64,000 nt of DNA from a virus (taxonomy: Duplodnaviria; Caudoviricetes), in the IMG/VR virus record IMGVR_UViG_3300030330_006525, positions 121,579 through 185,578 of that record. One strand, 5' to 3'. Both the position numbers and the translations under genes were made by a program. The notes under the pieces were generated by a model that was not told the DNA's origin, did no database searches, and worked only from the letters and a program-made list of their open reading frames with translations. Shown here one piece after another: positions 40,001-48,240 of this stretch. Within the stretch, counting starts at the first letter, position 1. The number at the start of each line of letters is the position of its first letter.

Positions 40001-43000
40001 ATCTTGCTGCAATTCTCCCATTTTTTCATTGATATCTGCTTGTATTTCTTGTACCAAATTAGCATGAACTTTTATCAAAGGTAGAGCATCACCGATACCA
40101 GAATCAGGCAAGTCAAAATCAGGTATTTTATGGTCACGATTATTATCACTATCATCTTTCTCAGAATACAATTTACCTACTTCAATTCTTTGTGGTCTCT
40201 TATCGCGACCACTTTTACCAACCATCAAGCCCGTCATCAAAACTGGTGCAAACGGCCTGCCTTCTTTTGCATTATCTTGACCTCGATTTAAATTTGCTAT
40301 ATCAATATCACCTCTAATCTTAAAAGAAAGAACAGATTCTCCAGTATCTGAATCTACACTTGTCACAACACGATATTTTGTAGGCTGTTCATTGAATGGG
40401 GTTGGAAACGGAAATTGCAAAAAATTGCTATTATCTTGGTCCGCCGGGTCCGCTAATTCGAATATGGAACTGTCTGAATACAAATATTCCCTTAACATCC
40501 AAGACTTTTCAATATTTATGCCTGCTCTCTGCGCTTCGGGTGGTTCAGGATTAAGCAAATCTTCTTTATCTATCTTATCTAGAATAGCCATGGCCCTATA
40601 AAACTTGTATGCAAAGAATGAATTAAATTCAGGGTCAGTTTGGTCCAGAGGGGTCGATACTTGGTCGTACAGCCCTTCAATAAAGTTTTCCGAGTCTACC
40701 CTTAAAGAAACTCGAACCTGCTCTGAAATCGCAGTCATACTCGTATTTATTGAACTTTTAAAAAAGTCAGGCATGATATTCGCTGGTGTAGGTGGCGGAT
40801 TATTTTGCACAAGTTTATTGATTGGAGAACCAGTAAATAAAGCTTTGAAAGCCTCTGAGCGGTTGATTGCTTGTTCTCTGACAGCTTCAATTGCTCTTTC
40901 CACTTCTGCTTTTGCTGTACCGTTTTGTTCTAAATCTTTCTTAAGTTGGTCAATAGTATCTTCAGGACAGCGACTAGGAGCCATACTGGACTCTGCAATT
41001 GCTGTAATTCTTCTGCAAATTTCAGGGTCGACTAATTTACCTAATTCTGCAAAAAGGGACTTTATAGATGAAGCATCATAAAAATATCTTACAAGACCAG
41101 GATGATTCTCTGACATAACGATTTCTATGCCATCCAATGTTTGCTGCGATGGATTTCCTTCTAGCAAAGCACAGAGTTGACTAACTGTCAAAATTTCAGA
41201 TATATCACTGAACAAACTAGAAACAGTATTCGGCTGACCCGGACTTCCTGTCTCTGAAGCAAAGACTTCTGGCGGAATGCCGGAATTTCTTAGCGCTTCA
41301 ACTATAACCATTTTTCCTTCTAAGTTTCTATCTCTTGTCGCTTCTTTTATAAGGTCAATAATGTCTACTGCGCCATTCAACGCCAGTCTAAACAAGTCTT
41401 CACAAGAGGGATCGCGCAAAATATCTAATATTGAGTTAATAAGAGAGCACAAAAATTGAGTTACTAGGTCTATTAAGAAAGCTTCTATTATAGGAATTAT
41501 AACTGCCATTGGGTCAAAAGTTGGCAATTTTGGCAATTTTGGTAAGTTTATATCAAAATCTGTGGGTATAGGGGGTATGTCTGGTATACAAGCAACCAAA
41601 TCACACATCAATGCACTAAAATTAAACTTATTGATTAACTCGTCATACAAATCTGGAAGGTTGCACATTTCTCCCAAAGGAAATTCATCTTCAATTCTAA
41701 AAACTTTACCTTTTCTTAAACGAATAAAGTCGTCTTTCTTTTTGTTAGTTAAATCACTCCTATATTCTTCTATTTTTTGTCTAGCATCTTTAATAACCTC
41801 TTCTACATTTGAATCGATATCAAAATCTGTACCGGCTTGAGGGTCCAAATTGCTCTTGAAATTAGACATTGGATATCTAAACTTAGCTACAAATATTAAA
41901 GCTCCCAATTGCGTTGCATTTTTACACTTCTCTAAGAAACTCATACTTGAAGATGCATCGGGTTGGTCAAACATCTCTATGTTATCAAAGGCACCTCTGC
42001 CTTTTACTTCGTCATATATTTGATTGATAAAACTAAAATAACCAACAGCTGTTGCGTCAGTATATGGATTTCTACTTAAAGGTCCACCTGGCGATGTGGC
42101 TGTAGATACCACTTCCGCAAATTGAAGCTTTTGCCGCCTAGTTCTTTCTTCATCTGTTAGATTGGTGAGGTCTGTATTTTCTTCTGTAGCTGCAGTGTTA
42201 TCTTCTGGACCTAGCTCTTGTCTGATTTTTTTTAAATCTGATAACTCGTTTGAATTATAGTGCATTTTTATTATGGCAATGCCACCGGTGCCAGCAATGG
42301 GGGCAAATCTAACCCTCAAGGTACCTCTGTTTCTAAACCCTCTATCTTCTATGTAAGCTACAATTGTTTCATATAAACTCTTTAAACGCTCTGCTTCTAC
42401 TGACAAATTTATAGGAGGCCTAAATCCTCCATGGAGACCTTTTTCTGATAGATTTTCTAGTTCTTTTTGATATTTATTCATTTTACCAAAAATTACATCT
42501 ACCCTATTTTTTAAACCTATCAAATCATATTCAACTGTTTTGTCTGCAGATGGTCTAGTAGCCGCTAAAGCAGCTGTTTTTTCTTGAGACCTTCTCAATC
42601 TATTTCTAAATGTTTGTTCTCTTAATGCACCAGTTATATCCAACTTTTCATCTAATTTCTTGGTTGCATATCCAATTTGGTCTCTTGTTTCTTTTCTTTT
42701 GAAATCATCTATAGCATCATTTATTCTAGCTTCGTATTTTCTTTTTGTCTTTAAATATTCATCTCCTAAACCATATACAAATTCTTTAGGATTTGAAAAT
42801 ACATAATCAACTTTATCAAAAACATCTTTCCCTAGTTCATAAGCTTGTTTGCTTTTCTCATAAGCCTCTGCTATATTAAATTCTCGACCTCTTGTAGCTG
42901 GTGTAATAATTGCATCAAGTTTTGTTTTGTTTATTGCAAACTTAGCACCATAAACTGCATTTTTGTGCCTTTGAACTGGCGGGAAGAAACCTTCAAATTC

Positions 43001-44026
43001 TATGAATAGCAATGTATCATCATTTAAAACACCCAACTTAGTTCTGGGTAGCGCTGCGCGACTAATTGGGGTTATACCAGCTACAGTTCTTTCAAAAAGC
43101 GGTAAATAAAATTCGTTTGTAGGATTGGCAACATGCATATTTATATCTTGACCTGGAGAGCGTGTCGATAGAAAAGGAAAAGCCCTAACCATATCACCTT
43201 GAGTTCCAGTGACATCAATTTGAATTGCTTCTCCAGGAGAATCGTTTCTCAAAATGAAAAACATTTGCTTATTAAAATATCTAAATACTTGTTTAAGTGC
43301 TACAAGTTCCAACATATCACATGGACCACCAATAGCAAAAAATGATTCTCTATTGTTTTGGTCCGATAAATCAGGTGGATTATTATCAAGCTTATAATTT
43401 GTTCTAATAGCAATATGAACTTTGTTGCCTCTAACGACTGGTTTTGGATTTAGTTTTGGATCTTCTATAGCAAATTCTTGTACAGCCCTTTCTATATCCA
43501 TTGGAGGCATTGCTATATCTGGGCCAACGTCTGCTGGCTCACTGAAAGTTAACTCTTCTAGTGCTAAACCTTGTTGCACAACACTTGTACAAGCGTTATA
43601 CAATTCACTTCTACTTAATGTTAAATTTTGATTACTATATCCTGTGGGTGTTAGAATTACCTCACCAGCTGAGAACCAAAAACCGTGCATAACCATCAAC
43701 GTTGCTTGGCCAAGCACCCCAAACTCCTGCTCCATGGCCTCATCTAAATCGCTGTCTGGAATTCCACGAACGCCTGAAAAATATTCCTTAATCGGTATTT
43801 GAAATTTTTGTTGATATTTTTGTAGCGCAACTTTCATTTTTTGGTCAAAAAGAGCGCCATCACTAGAATCCACTCCGGTTGGATTTTCATCGCCAAGTAC
43901 GCTAAATAAGAGCTTTTTTACAGCTAATATAGTATTACCGCCGGTACCTTCTTCTGCTTTTTTAAATTCGAATACATGCCTTTTTCCATCTATTCTTATA
44001 GTAATATTAAAAAATTTTTCTGCCAT
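34064..44026 (-). CDS. Very large (3320 aa) baseplate-region protein with an N-terminal peptidoglycan-binding-like domain
   Basis: N-terminal DGALFDQKMKVALQKYQQK...FGVLGQAT resembles PG_binding_1. Contains an LPKLPKLP segment and Cys-bearing helical region. Lies between the spike and gp25 genes. Confidence 0.55.
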   Translation of the reverse strand: MAEKFFNITIRIDGKRHVFEFKKAEEGTGGNTILAVKKLLFSVLGDENPTGVDSSDGALFDQKMKVALQKYQQKFQIPIKEYFSGVRGIPDSDLDEAMEQEFGVLGQATLMVMHGFWFSAGEVILTPTGYSNQNLTLSRSELYNACTSVVQQGLALEELTFSEPADVGPDIAMPPMDIERAVQEFAIEDPKLNPKPVVRGNKVHIAIRTNYKLDNNPPDLSDQNNRESFFAIGGPCDMLELVALKQVFRYFNKQMFFILRNDSPGEAIQIDVTGTQGDMVRAFPFLSTRSPGQDINMHVANPTNEFYLPLFERTVAGITPISRAALPRTKLGVLNDDTLLFIEFEGFFPPVQRHKNAVYGAKFAINKTKLDAIITPATRGREFNIAEAYEKSKQAYELGKDVFDKVDYVFSNPKEFVYGLGDEYLKTKRKYEARINDAIDDFKRKETRDQIGYATKKLDEKLDITGALREQTFRNRLRRSQEKTAALAATRPSADKTVEYDLIGLKNRVDVIFGKMNKYQKELENLSEKGLHGGFRPPINLSVEAERLKSLYETIVAYIEDRGFRNRGTLRVRFAPIAGTGGIAIIKMHYNSNELSDLKKIRQELGPEDNTAATEENTDLTNLTDEERTRRQKLQFAEVVSTATSPGGPLSRNPYTDATAVGYFSFINQIYDEVKGRGAFDNIEMFDQPDASSSMSFLEKCKNATQLGALIFVAKFRYPMSNFKSNLDPQAGTDFDIDSNVEEVIKDARQKIEEYRSDLTNKKKDDFIRLRKGKVFRIEDEFPLGEMCNLPDLYDELINKFNFSALMCDLVACIPDIPPIPTDFDINLPKLPKLPTFDPMAVIIPIIEAFLIDLVTQFLCSLINSILDILRDPSCEDLFRLALNGAVDIIDLIKEATRDRNLEGKMVIVEALRNSGIPPEVFASETGSPGQPNTVSSLFSDISEILTVSQLCALLEGNPSQQTLDGIEIVMSENHPGLVRYFYDASSIKSLFAELGKLVDPEICRRITAIAESSMAPSRCPEDTIDQLKKDLEQNGTAKAEVERAIEAVREQAINRSEAFKALFTGSPINKLVQNNPPPTPANIMPDFFKSSINTSMTAISEQVRVSLRVDSENFIEGLYDQVSTPLDQTDPEFNSFFAYKFYRAMAILDKIDKEDLLNPEPPEAQRAGINIEKSWMLREYLYSDSSIFELADPADQDNSNFLQFPFPTPFNEQPTKYRVVTSVDSDTGESVLSFKIRGDIDIANLNRGQDNAKEGRPFAPVLMTGLMVGKSGRDKRPQRIEVGKLYSEKDDSDNNRDHKIPDFDLPDSGIGDALPLIKVHANLVQEIQADINEKMGELQQDILNHLTVNLKRKFEGQLLPAIKSVFSPEEELKREAIAENQEEVPNAFREVVDFSDEQGEVKINFSLPDLGTGEVPNIISYEELAREGPPEEADRYRITISRDNFTNTEVIIDACDPAPSEEGLSLNREYGGTRGKKSRVFARVAQDSFKNAILETYPKDTSFIRVYDEELEEYNWVSESDAGAAVAQRYRSQEENLTTNVMTLDDNGVGLIDKIEDTRMTFYETLFEFILGQYRESKIFDNDYVRGLAARLLRIEHTDGNNCIVSAFDTFGVDDLPKKIAQRIEQEFNSSEYDPYTYDFTESGPVEKGMILGLSEFLIRIYVIEFTLRSSITMSSFSNVEALAEESYVNMFSVYIRQNITELVGEKYVSVVMDAIKKITNINDDTRAIKKIVNDQINDLKENINFIFGNEKIDLDVQNNFLNSLESAYVFNKYPPVGQTIPTSERLTKSVLDPNSQTGTKQLKLLVGANKPFFYLEKYFKYKGLYNNSLIDVFKQHLRAALASNIVGKAKTQVLEEEGLLTREQFDEFQGDREVDRIMRALTEDNDIKRAIHHLDKKVTDSNRKREIFSPQELQGFFDGLIIRKDRIANLLRRPLGISEEATTRPLYPIKHIMRRRIHIELNPMEGNSSGGGHSIKTARTFKERDSTIHHWINNLARYIDVPFSNRPFKRGFESAPKYYKIQTNLSDIFSQIGVDSTAGFFTKESIMSDDRVLEQFRKFYNIGHGVELDTLFDNDKVKKGLKLKKIKYSVPDESGRVVSNFYDQNDLNPETNPTVVELSEEEFARATVPVSDSQRDLGITENTYEVWTEYVFHIKTYPFAHYGETFDNEGVLPSVTVGEFMNLTGLTVQGPAPTSGGEHQSDSRTITRYGLYSRAPLVAGDSDQLTGTWTVDRDSDDIYGACLGEAMTHNTARAAGTTQLFAGGATSYSGPSVFYDISQEVFNTIKTVATEWRRQQRDATTKKMRVGGTTGRNVPPDANRIAARYKEARESRVNDMNHLGADNNLPPRMLGFILIGMVDGRIRSREDIKNEFSVAQDAGHISQEFYALLGGLPPTPLNTRNFFNVENINFENTPQVLRVAYPLSRATKATGYERDIRQRNKLMSPIKVLCRRIDYMHGTTIKDTQLFANYVVPSVLQALPTRGEASDLAIATQKKTRLLRQAFEHQCGVFRVLLAGGHIDSLEDMFKDKNPRTSNRANYAPCKFTIARLYGTAAFYEWTNNAKWDIAHSNFIVGRNHEKHYDKLFIEHPGYLLKSPIRRSTGALHTAGTFYFDTNISLQEQNNYFHPKYRVMRSSDLARESTVYRLNTDPRDVYRDYSSSRPSVEWGAVTENLFGFVMNYINYYVDRTTFDGIYGRTSNKDWINSIQVERVYGGPTNDENPSNINIAVTSLANAAASQDIAKAIKEEGVSAKHFKIRPTYKNISMVWADSNSGGALRNSDVPAVKRAYQSKRESIARHMLKFKVKDVNPFEEETYARMLDDTNNSYAWVLYDIKKFRAHIQIQNSIQYNQIFTLAAIDNILSPETEDGDINEIIRATFFKVIFGGLHLGVRLVGVMDENNSQRIFDHLGISGEGAGDGNSGFYKVVEEQKSFMLPFQDIENNTHFRSAIPFAFYEEKIPFDEDNPYACFNIRDVYQSYEENFNYLKNKLSEERNYKRIMQYSFPIQRIFDVCGVFSMFALSTKPEIIDIFGSSKGLILSNISVASMVSDITHNDPENTLVQALNACSPALQESMQEGHGSDGFKLPPRIKALGGFFANFDKMIARQAKEFLIKVPRTFAQATDPAYRDMKKKVDSCKLNGISFKEMQYFTDTKELDYGILEDESGNRTYAPINIAFPLDFFTSFVPFPPFIINYPRFKSSLTKMVNGVINSGVLPPEAQLASDLASGCGGLLGPANNAYGSFLTPTGLLVMGVNELPGDIGRYKTTCANESITPDNMLPGPCDEGVSSPESSASGESDPCDRTSDESVPNTEKDENSC

Positions 44027-44028
44027 AA

Positions 44029-45147
44029 TTAATTCGTCGTATTATATCTACTCAAGGGAGATTTACCTGCTATCACAGATTTAAATCTTGATTCTCCTTC
44101 ATCGCTACCATCTATATATGAACTTAAAGCACCAATAGCTTCTTGTTGGTCTTTTGTTACTGCCAGACCGTGTTCCCATTTAAACTTTGCAAGATTACTT
44201 TTCATGCTTGTTAAACTTGTTACAGTTTTTGCCAACATGTCAATTGTTACTGTAGTCGCTACTGTCCTAGACACTGGGTCCATTACAACCAGACCTGCAC
44301 CAGAAGCACCAAATTCAGCTAAATATCCATTATTTATTATATTTTGTTGAGCAAAAAAGGTTGAAACTATACCGGTCAAATTATCAACCAAAGTAATCAT
44401 TTCTGATATCATCTTCATCATTGCGTGACCCTTGACTAAAGGCTCTTGATTGATTGCTTTACCATTTGCATCTATTCCGTTACCCGCAATCAAATCGATT
44501 CCATATGTTTTTACTAATTTGTGACCTTGGCTTGATACATTTTCTGGAAATTGAACCCCGGAACCCATTGTTACTAATTTCATACCTTCTCTGGAAATAA
44601 GCCGAACATGGTCTGCTTTCATAGCTATTGCTGACCTAGGATTAGTTGAGGCCATTCTGGGGCCGTTATTTGTAGGGGTTAACCTAAATGCGTCATCTAT
44701 TCTACATTTTTGGCTTAAATATATTCTAGCTGCATCCATTGCTACGCTTTCCACATCTTCTTTGAGTGGGGGGCTTCCGTCATCATCTATTTTGTAATCT
44801 TTTAATTTTGGGTCGATAATAGCATTAAATAAAGGGCCGGCTGTGCGAAAATCTCTTGAGTCAATTCCTAAAAAATTTTTTGATTCAGGTTCCAAAGTCC
44901 AGGCACATTTTGGTGCTTGGCGACCAACAACTATATCAATAGCTCCAGCTCTTTTATATTTACCAAAGCCACCAGAGGCTGCTCCGGTTCGGTCGCGACC
45001 CAAAATAATACAGGCGTTGTTATCTACGCCGTCGAGACCAGGAATAGCTGCAGTTATAATTCCATCACCATCTCTAGCTGAAAATTTTGGTACTCTTTCT
45101 GCTAATTCTAAACTACCAATTCCTGATTTTTCTAAATCATACGTCAT
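44029..45147 (-). CDS. Putative baseplate central spike, C-terminal/beta-helix part (gp5/gpV-like)
   Basis: 372 aa. Short beta-strand motifs (NNACIILGRDR, AARIYLSQK, SAIAMKADHVRLISREGMKL) followed by EPLVKG and a helix, as in large-myovirus spikes. Position upstream of gp25. Confidence 0.55.
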   Translation of the reverse strand: MTYDLEKSGIGSLELAERVPKFSARDGDGIITAAIPGLDGVDNNACIILGRDRTGAASGGFGKYKRAGAIDIVVGRQAPKCAWTLEPESKNFLGIDSRDFRTAGPLFNAIIDPKLKDYKIDDDGSPPLKEDVESVAMDAARIYLSQKCRIDDAFRLTPTNNGPRMASTNPRSAIAMKADHVRLISREGMKLVTMGSGVQFPENVSSQGHKLVKTYGIDLIAGNGIDANGKAINQEPLVKGHAMMKMISEMITLVDNLTGIVSTFFAQQNIINNGYLAEFGASGAGLVVMDPVSRTVATTVTIDMLAKTVTSLTSMKSNLAKFKWEHGLAVTKDQQEAIGALSSYIDGSDEGESRFKSVIAGKSPLSRYNTTN

Positions 45148-46451
45148 GAATATCCCTTTTCCAAACCCGGTATTAACGATTCTGGATCTACTTTTGGCCC
45201 TCTCTGGCGATTATCGTTATTTGGATTAGGCACCTGTCTAACACTTAAATGTAAGTGAGCTGGGGAGTCAAATATAGCAGTATCTCCCGCCAACACTATG
45301 GTCTGCCCGGGCTGAACTTCGTCTCCCTTTTTCCAACTTTGAGTAAATCTATCGACATGTTGGTAATAAAAATCATATGCTAGGCCATCATCAGAAATAT
45401 ACCGGACTATCAGCATAACTCCGGATAACTGCATTGGACGGTCTTTCGATTCGAGAGCGCGGAGAATTGTAGCGGCCTTGTTTCGACCTAACTTCGCTGC
45501 GCACATTTTCTTAAAATCTGCCCAACTAGTAGGTTGAGTTGTGCCTTGCATAGTCGCCTTAGTTTCCTCATTTTCATTGAGATAATTATAAAACGCTTTC
45601 CACTCTTTATCATATCGCTCTCGGGAATAATAGCCTATTATCTTTCCTTTGGCTTGAGAAACTATTTTGGTTCCAACTGGCATGTTGATGTCGATTGCTT
45701 CGTGAGCGCCTTGAGAGCGACTGGCACCAAAACCAGAAACAACTCTGGTATGCCCGGGTGCTGGAACTATCATGTTTGCGCCATTAAACATTGGATATCC
45801 GGGCTGCAAAGAAGCTGCTCCCGCTATCGCTGCAGCGGCTGCACTATCATATCCACCGGCAGTAGCCAACCTTTGCTTCATTGACTGCGCTTTAATAAAG
45901 TCGTATGTTCCTTCTTTGTCTAAAACAATAATCTCATCACCACAAAAATCTTTTGTTTTGTTTAATATTTTAACTCGATACTGTTCTCCAGCTTGTGGCT
46001 TTTTAAGAAAAAGCCCAAATGCTAAACTATAATTTTGACTTCTCAACAAATCTCTAGAAGACATTTCTTCTGGTATTTTTGCTATGTGACTAGGGGCTGG
46101 TTTGTTACAATCTCTAAAATCTATAGCTACTCTACATTTGTACATTGAAAACCCACTAGGGTTTGCGGCATACGTATTCCATAAATCTCTCGGCACCATA
46201 CATGCGTGACTGTTGTCTGTTATTTTAATCTCAGTAGAAGAAACCATAACTGCTGAAAATGTGTTTCCATCTGGCAGTAAGTCTCTATCGTTGCGCTCTT
46301 CTATCATTCTTGATAGTTCGACAAAGACGTTTTCACCGGTAATACCAGCTGTTGTTGAGGGTAAGCTGTCATCTAAAGACGCAGCATAACGGCGGTCAAT
46401 TGGGTTGTGTTTAGATGGGCTGAGTTGTTCTAAGATATTTTTATTAGCCAT
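45144..46451 (-). CDS. Virion-associated M23 peptidoglycan endopeptidase, possibly with an N-terminal OB-like domain
   Basis: M23 zinc motifs HEAID (HxxxD) and HLH, plus YQHVD and GDEVQPGQTI. Start placed at MANKN (46451) rather than 46466. Confidence 0.85.
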   Translation of the reverse strand: MANKNILEQLSPSKHNPIDRRYAASLDDSLPSTTAGITGENVFVELSRMIEERNDRDLLPDGNTFSAVMVSSTEIKITDNSHACMVPRDLWNTYAANPSGFSMYKCRVAIDFRDCNKPAPSHIAKIPEEMSSRDLLRSQNYSLAFGLFLKKPQAGEQYRVKILNKTKDFCGDEIIVLDKEGTYDFIKAQSMKQRLATAGGYDSAAAAAIAGAASLQPGYPMFNGANMIVPAPGHTRVVSGFGASRSQGAHEAIDINMPVGTKIVSQAKGKIIGYYSRERYDKEWKAFYNYLNENEETKATMQGTTQPTSWADFKKMCAAKLGRNKAATILRALESKDRPMQLSGVMLIVRYISDDGLAYDFYYQHVDRFTQSWKKGDEVQPGQTIVLAGDTAIFDSPAHLHLSVRQVPNPNNDNRQRGPKVDPESLIPGLEKGYS

Positions 46452-46743
46452 CTTCAGAATCCTCACCTTGAATTAAGTCAAATAATTCTTTTTTGTCTTC
46501 TTCGGTAATCCCTTCAGACTTGTGAGATTCTTTCTTTTGAACTAATGCGGCTATTTTTACTAATTGCTCGTTAGACCTTTGCAGAGTTTCTAAATACTTA
46601 GCAGCTATTAGACCAGCATCGCGATGGCGGTCTTCTGAAGACTGGATATACTTCATGACCGTCATAAGTAGGGTCTTGGTTGCTGCCCTGTCCTCTGTGA
46701 TATTCTTTGTAGCTTCTTCTATATATTTTTCTAAGTTCTTCAC
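46444..46743 (-). CDS. Hypothetical helical/coiled-coil protein
   Basis: 99 aa, GTG start a few nt downstream of an ACTATTTA motif. Confidence 0.6.
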   Translation of the reverse strand: MKNLEKYIEEATKNITEDRAATKTLLMTVMKYIQSSEDRHRDAGLIAAKYLETLQRSNEQLVKIAALVQKKESHKSEGITEEDKKELFDLIQGEDSEDG

Positions 46744-46748
46744 AACAT

Positions 46749-46756
46749 TAAATAGT
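46749..46756 (-). promoter_or_regulatory. Candidate late-promoter motif ACTATTTA at the head of the structural operon
   Basis: In the 25-nt gap after the sigma gene. A second copy at 46798-46805 lies inside the 3' end of the sigma gene. Confidence 0.5.
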
Positions 46757-46768
46757 TTTTAATCGATT

Positions 46769-47473
46769 TTATATTTCGCCTCTTTCCCATTTAATCTTAA
46801 ATAGTTTATATTTATCACGTATTTTATTTAAGTTATTAACAACCTGTTTTGTGTTTAAGCCTGTTATCTCCCTTAAGTATAAATATATTGCTTTTTTGTT
46901 AAATATTTCAATGTTATCTATATTATCAATCAAGTGCCTAACAGCCAAGAGAACTTTCTTTTCGTTAGGTTTTAGCATTACAGTTTCCCACTTATCTAGA
47001 TTTTTCATTAACTCAAACCAAAACTCTTGGTCTTCTCGATCTTTTAAATAAGTGTTTTCTAGATTCATTTGAACCTTAGATTCCAACACCCCTTTTTCAA
47101 CCATATCTTCATATGAAACTTCGGTTTTGGCCTTTTTAGAGTTCTTCTTTATCTTATGAATAAACCAATTTTTTGTTACTACTGAGAAGTACGAGAAAGC
47201 TTTGCTGCCTTTATCTGGATTGTATTTATCTAGTATTGTTGTTAACCAAACCTTGCACTCTTCGCGCAGTGAATCAATATTTGGTATATTAGTAAACTTA
47301 TAAGTGAATATAATCTTATTCACCATTTCGTCTAATGCAGGCTGTATTAAACTTACATACAATTCAGTTCGAACCTTTATACAATCTGTTCTAGCGTATT
47401 GTATAATAGCTTCTTCATGAACCTTTGTGAAATAATTATTCTTCTTTTTCTTGGCTCTCGTCCTCATACTCAA
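46769..47473 (-). CDS. Phage RNA polymerase sigma factor (T4 gp55-like late sigma)
   Basis: NNYFT..EAIIQY..IIFTYKF..KYNPDKGSKAFSYFSVVTKNWFI is a sigma region-2 pattern like gp55 (YDPEK..AFAYFT). Directly upstream of the structural genes. Confidence 0.8.
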   Translation of the reverse strand: MSMRTRAKKKKNNYFTKVHEEAIIQYARTDCIKVRTELYVSLIQPALDEMVNKIIFTYKFTNIPNIDSLREECKVWLTTILDKYNPDKGSKAFSYFSVVTKNWFIHKIKKNSKKAKTEVSYEDMVEKGVLESKVQMNLENTYLKDREDQEFWFELMKNLDKWETVMLKPNEKKVLLAVRHLIDNIDNIEIFNKKAIYLYLREITGLNTKQVVNNLNKIRDKYKLFKIKWERGEI

Positions 47474-47750
47474 TATCCTCTTCCGGGAGAAAAATCCCTT
47501 TTATAGACTCTATATTTTCGGATAATTCCTGAGAGTGTTCGATGAGAGCTTGTAACGTTGAATCGCCATAAAACATCTCTGTATCATGCACCACTTTGAG
47601 ATGACTATTAAATTTAGTTATTCCCACCCATAGTTCAGAAATTGTACTATCTATGTTAGATAAAGTTTTTAACAACCAACGTATATAGAATAACATAAAT
47701 ATAATAATACCAACTAACGCAAAAATTGTTACAAATAATGCAATTTCCAT
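47436..47750 (-). CDS. Small membrane-anchored protein
   Basis: N-terminal hydrophobic helix (IALFVTIFALVGIIIFMLFYI), then an amphipathic helix and acidic tail. Confidence 0.65.
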   Translation of the reverse strand: MEIALFVTIFALVGIIIFMLFYIRWLLKTLSNIDSTISELWVGITKFNSHLKVVHDTEMFYGDSTLQALIEHSQELSENIESIKGIFLPEEDIEYEDESQEKEE

Positions 47751-48004
47751 TATATTCTATCTTTCCTCAACTGTTTTTTCTGGTCTTCTAAAACTTTGCG
47801 ATTTTCTTCAATATATTCTTTAGTCAAATTGCCAACTTTATTGGTTTTTAAACTAGGCTTACTGCTTGTGTTGAAGCCAGATAGTACTTTCCTAAACTCC
47901 TCAACTGCGCCGCAAGAAGGGCAAACTTCTATCTTTTCATCAAAAGAATGGTGAAAAGATTTGCTTAAGCCGCAGCTATCACAAACATAATCATATATTG
48001 GCAT
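47750..48004 (-). CDS. FmdB-family zinc-ribbon protein
   Basis: MPIYDYVCDSCG...CPSCG signature. Confidence 0.85.
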   Translation of the reverse strand: MPIYDYVCDSCGLSKSFHHSFDEKIEVCPSCGAVEEFRKVLSGFNTSSKPSLKTNKVGNLTKEYIEENRKVLEDQKKQLRKDRI

Positions 48005-48198
48005 TAATCGCTGCCAACTGTAACTAGCGTCTCCTGATTGTCAATCTTAAATGTTGGAGGATTAGTTACGTTTAGCTGTTGTTCTTCATTTAACATAAAA
48101 TTAAAGTTTTTTAGAACTGGTACAATATCGCTCTGTTCCAATAATGACTTTTGTAGTGCCATCATAATAGCGCCTAAAGCTTGATCTGATAGGTTCAT
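48004..48198 (-). CDS. Hypothetical protein
   Basis: Start moved to MNLSDQ (ATG at 48198), which is preceded by an AGGAG SD; 64 aa. Confidence 0.6.
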   Translation of the reverse strand: MNLSDQALGAIMMALQKSLLEQSDIVPVLKNFNFMLNEEQQLNVTNPPTFKIDNQETLVTVGSD

Positions 48199-48240
48199 AA
48201 TTACTTCTCCTGTATTATCCAATATGATATTATCATAGTT

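Noticed and set aside
29513-46451. Extracellular contractile injection system or T6SS rather than a phage
   Set aside because: The gp55-like sigma factor, Cas4-like nuclease, T4-type gp6/gp25 and jumbo-phage-style gene organisation favour a virus. No T6SS membrane complex or eCIS ATPase seen. Capsid and terminase genes are not in the window.
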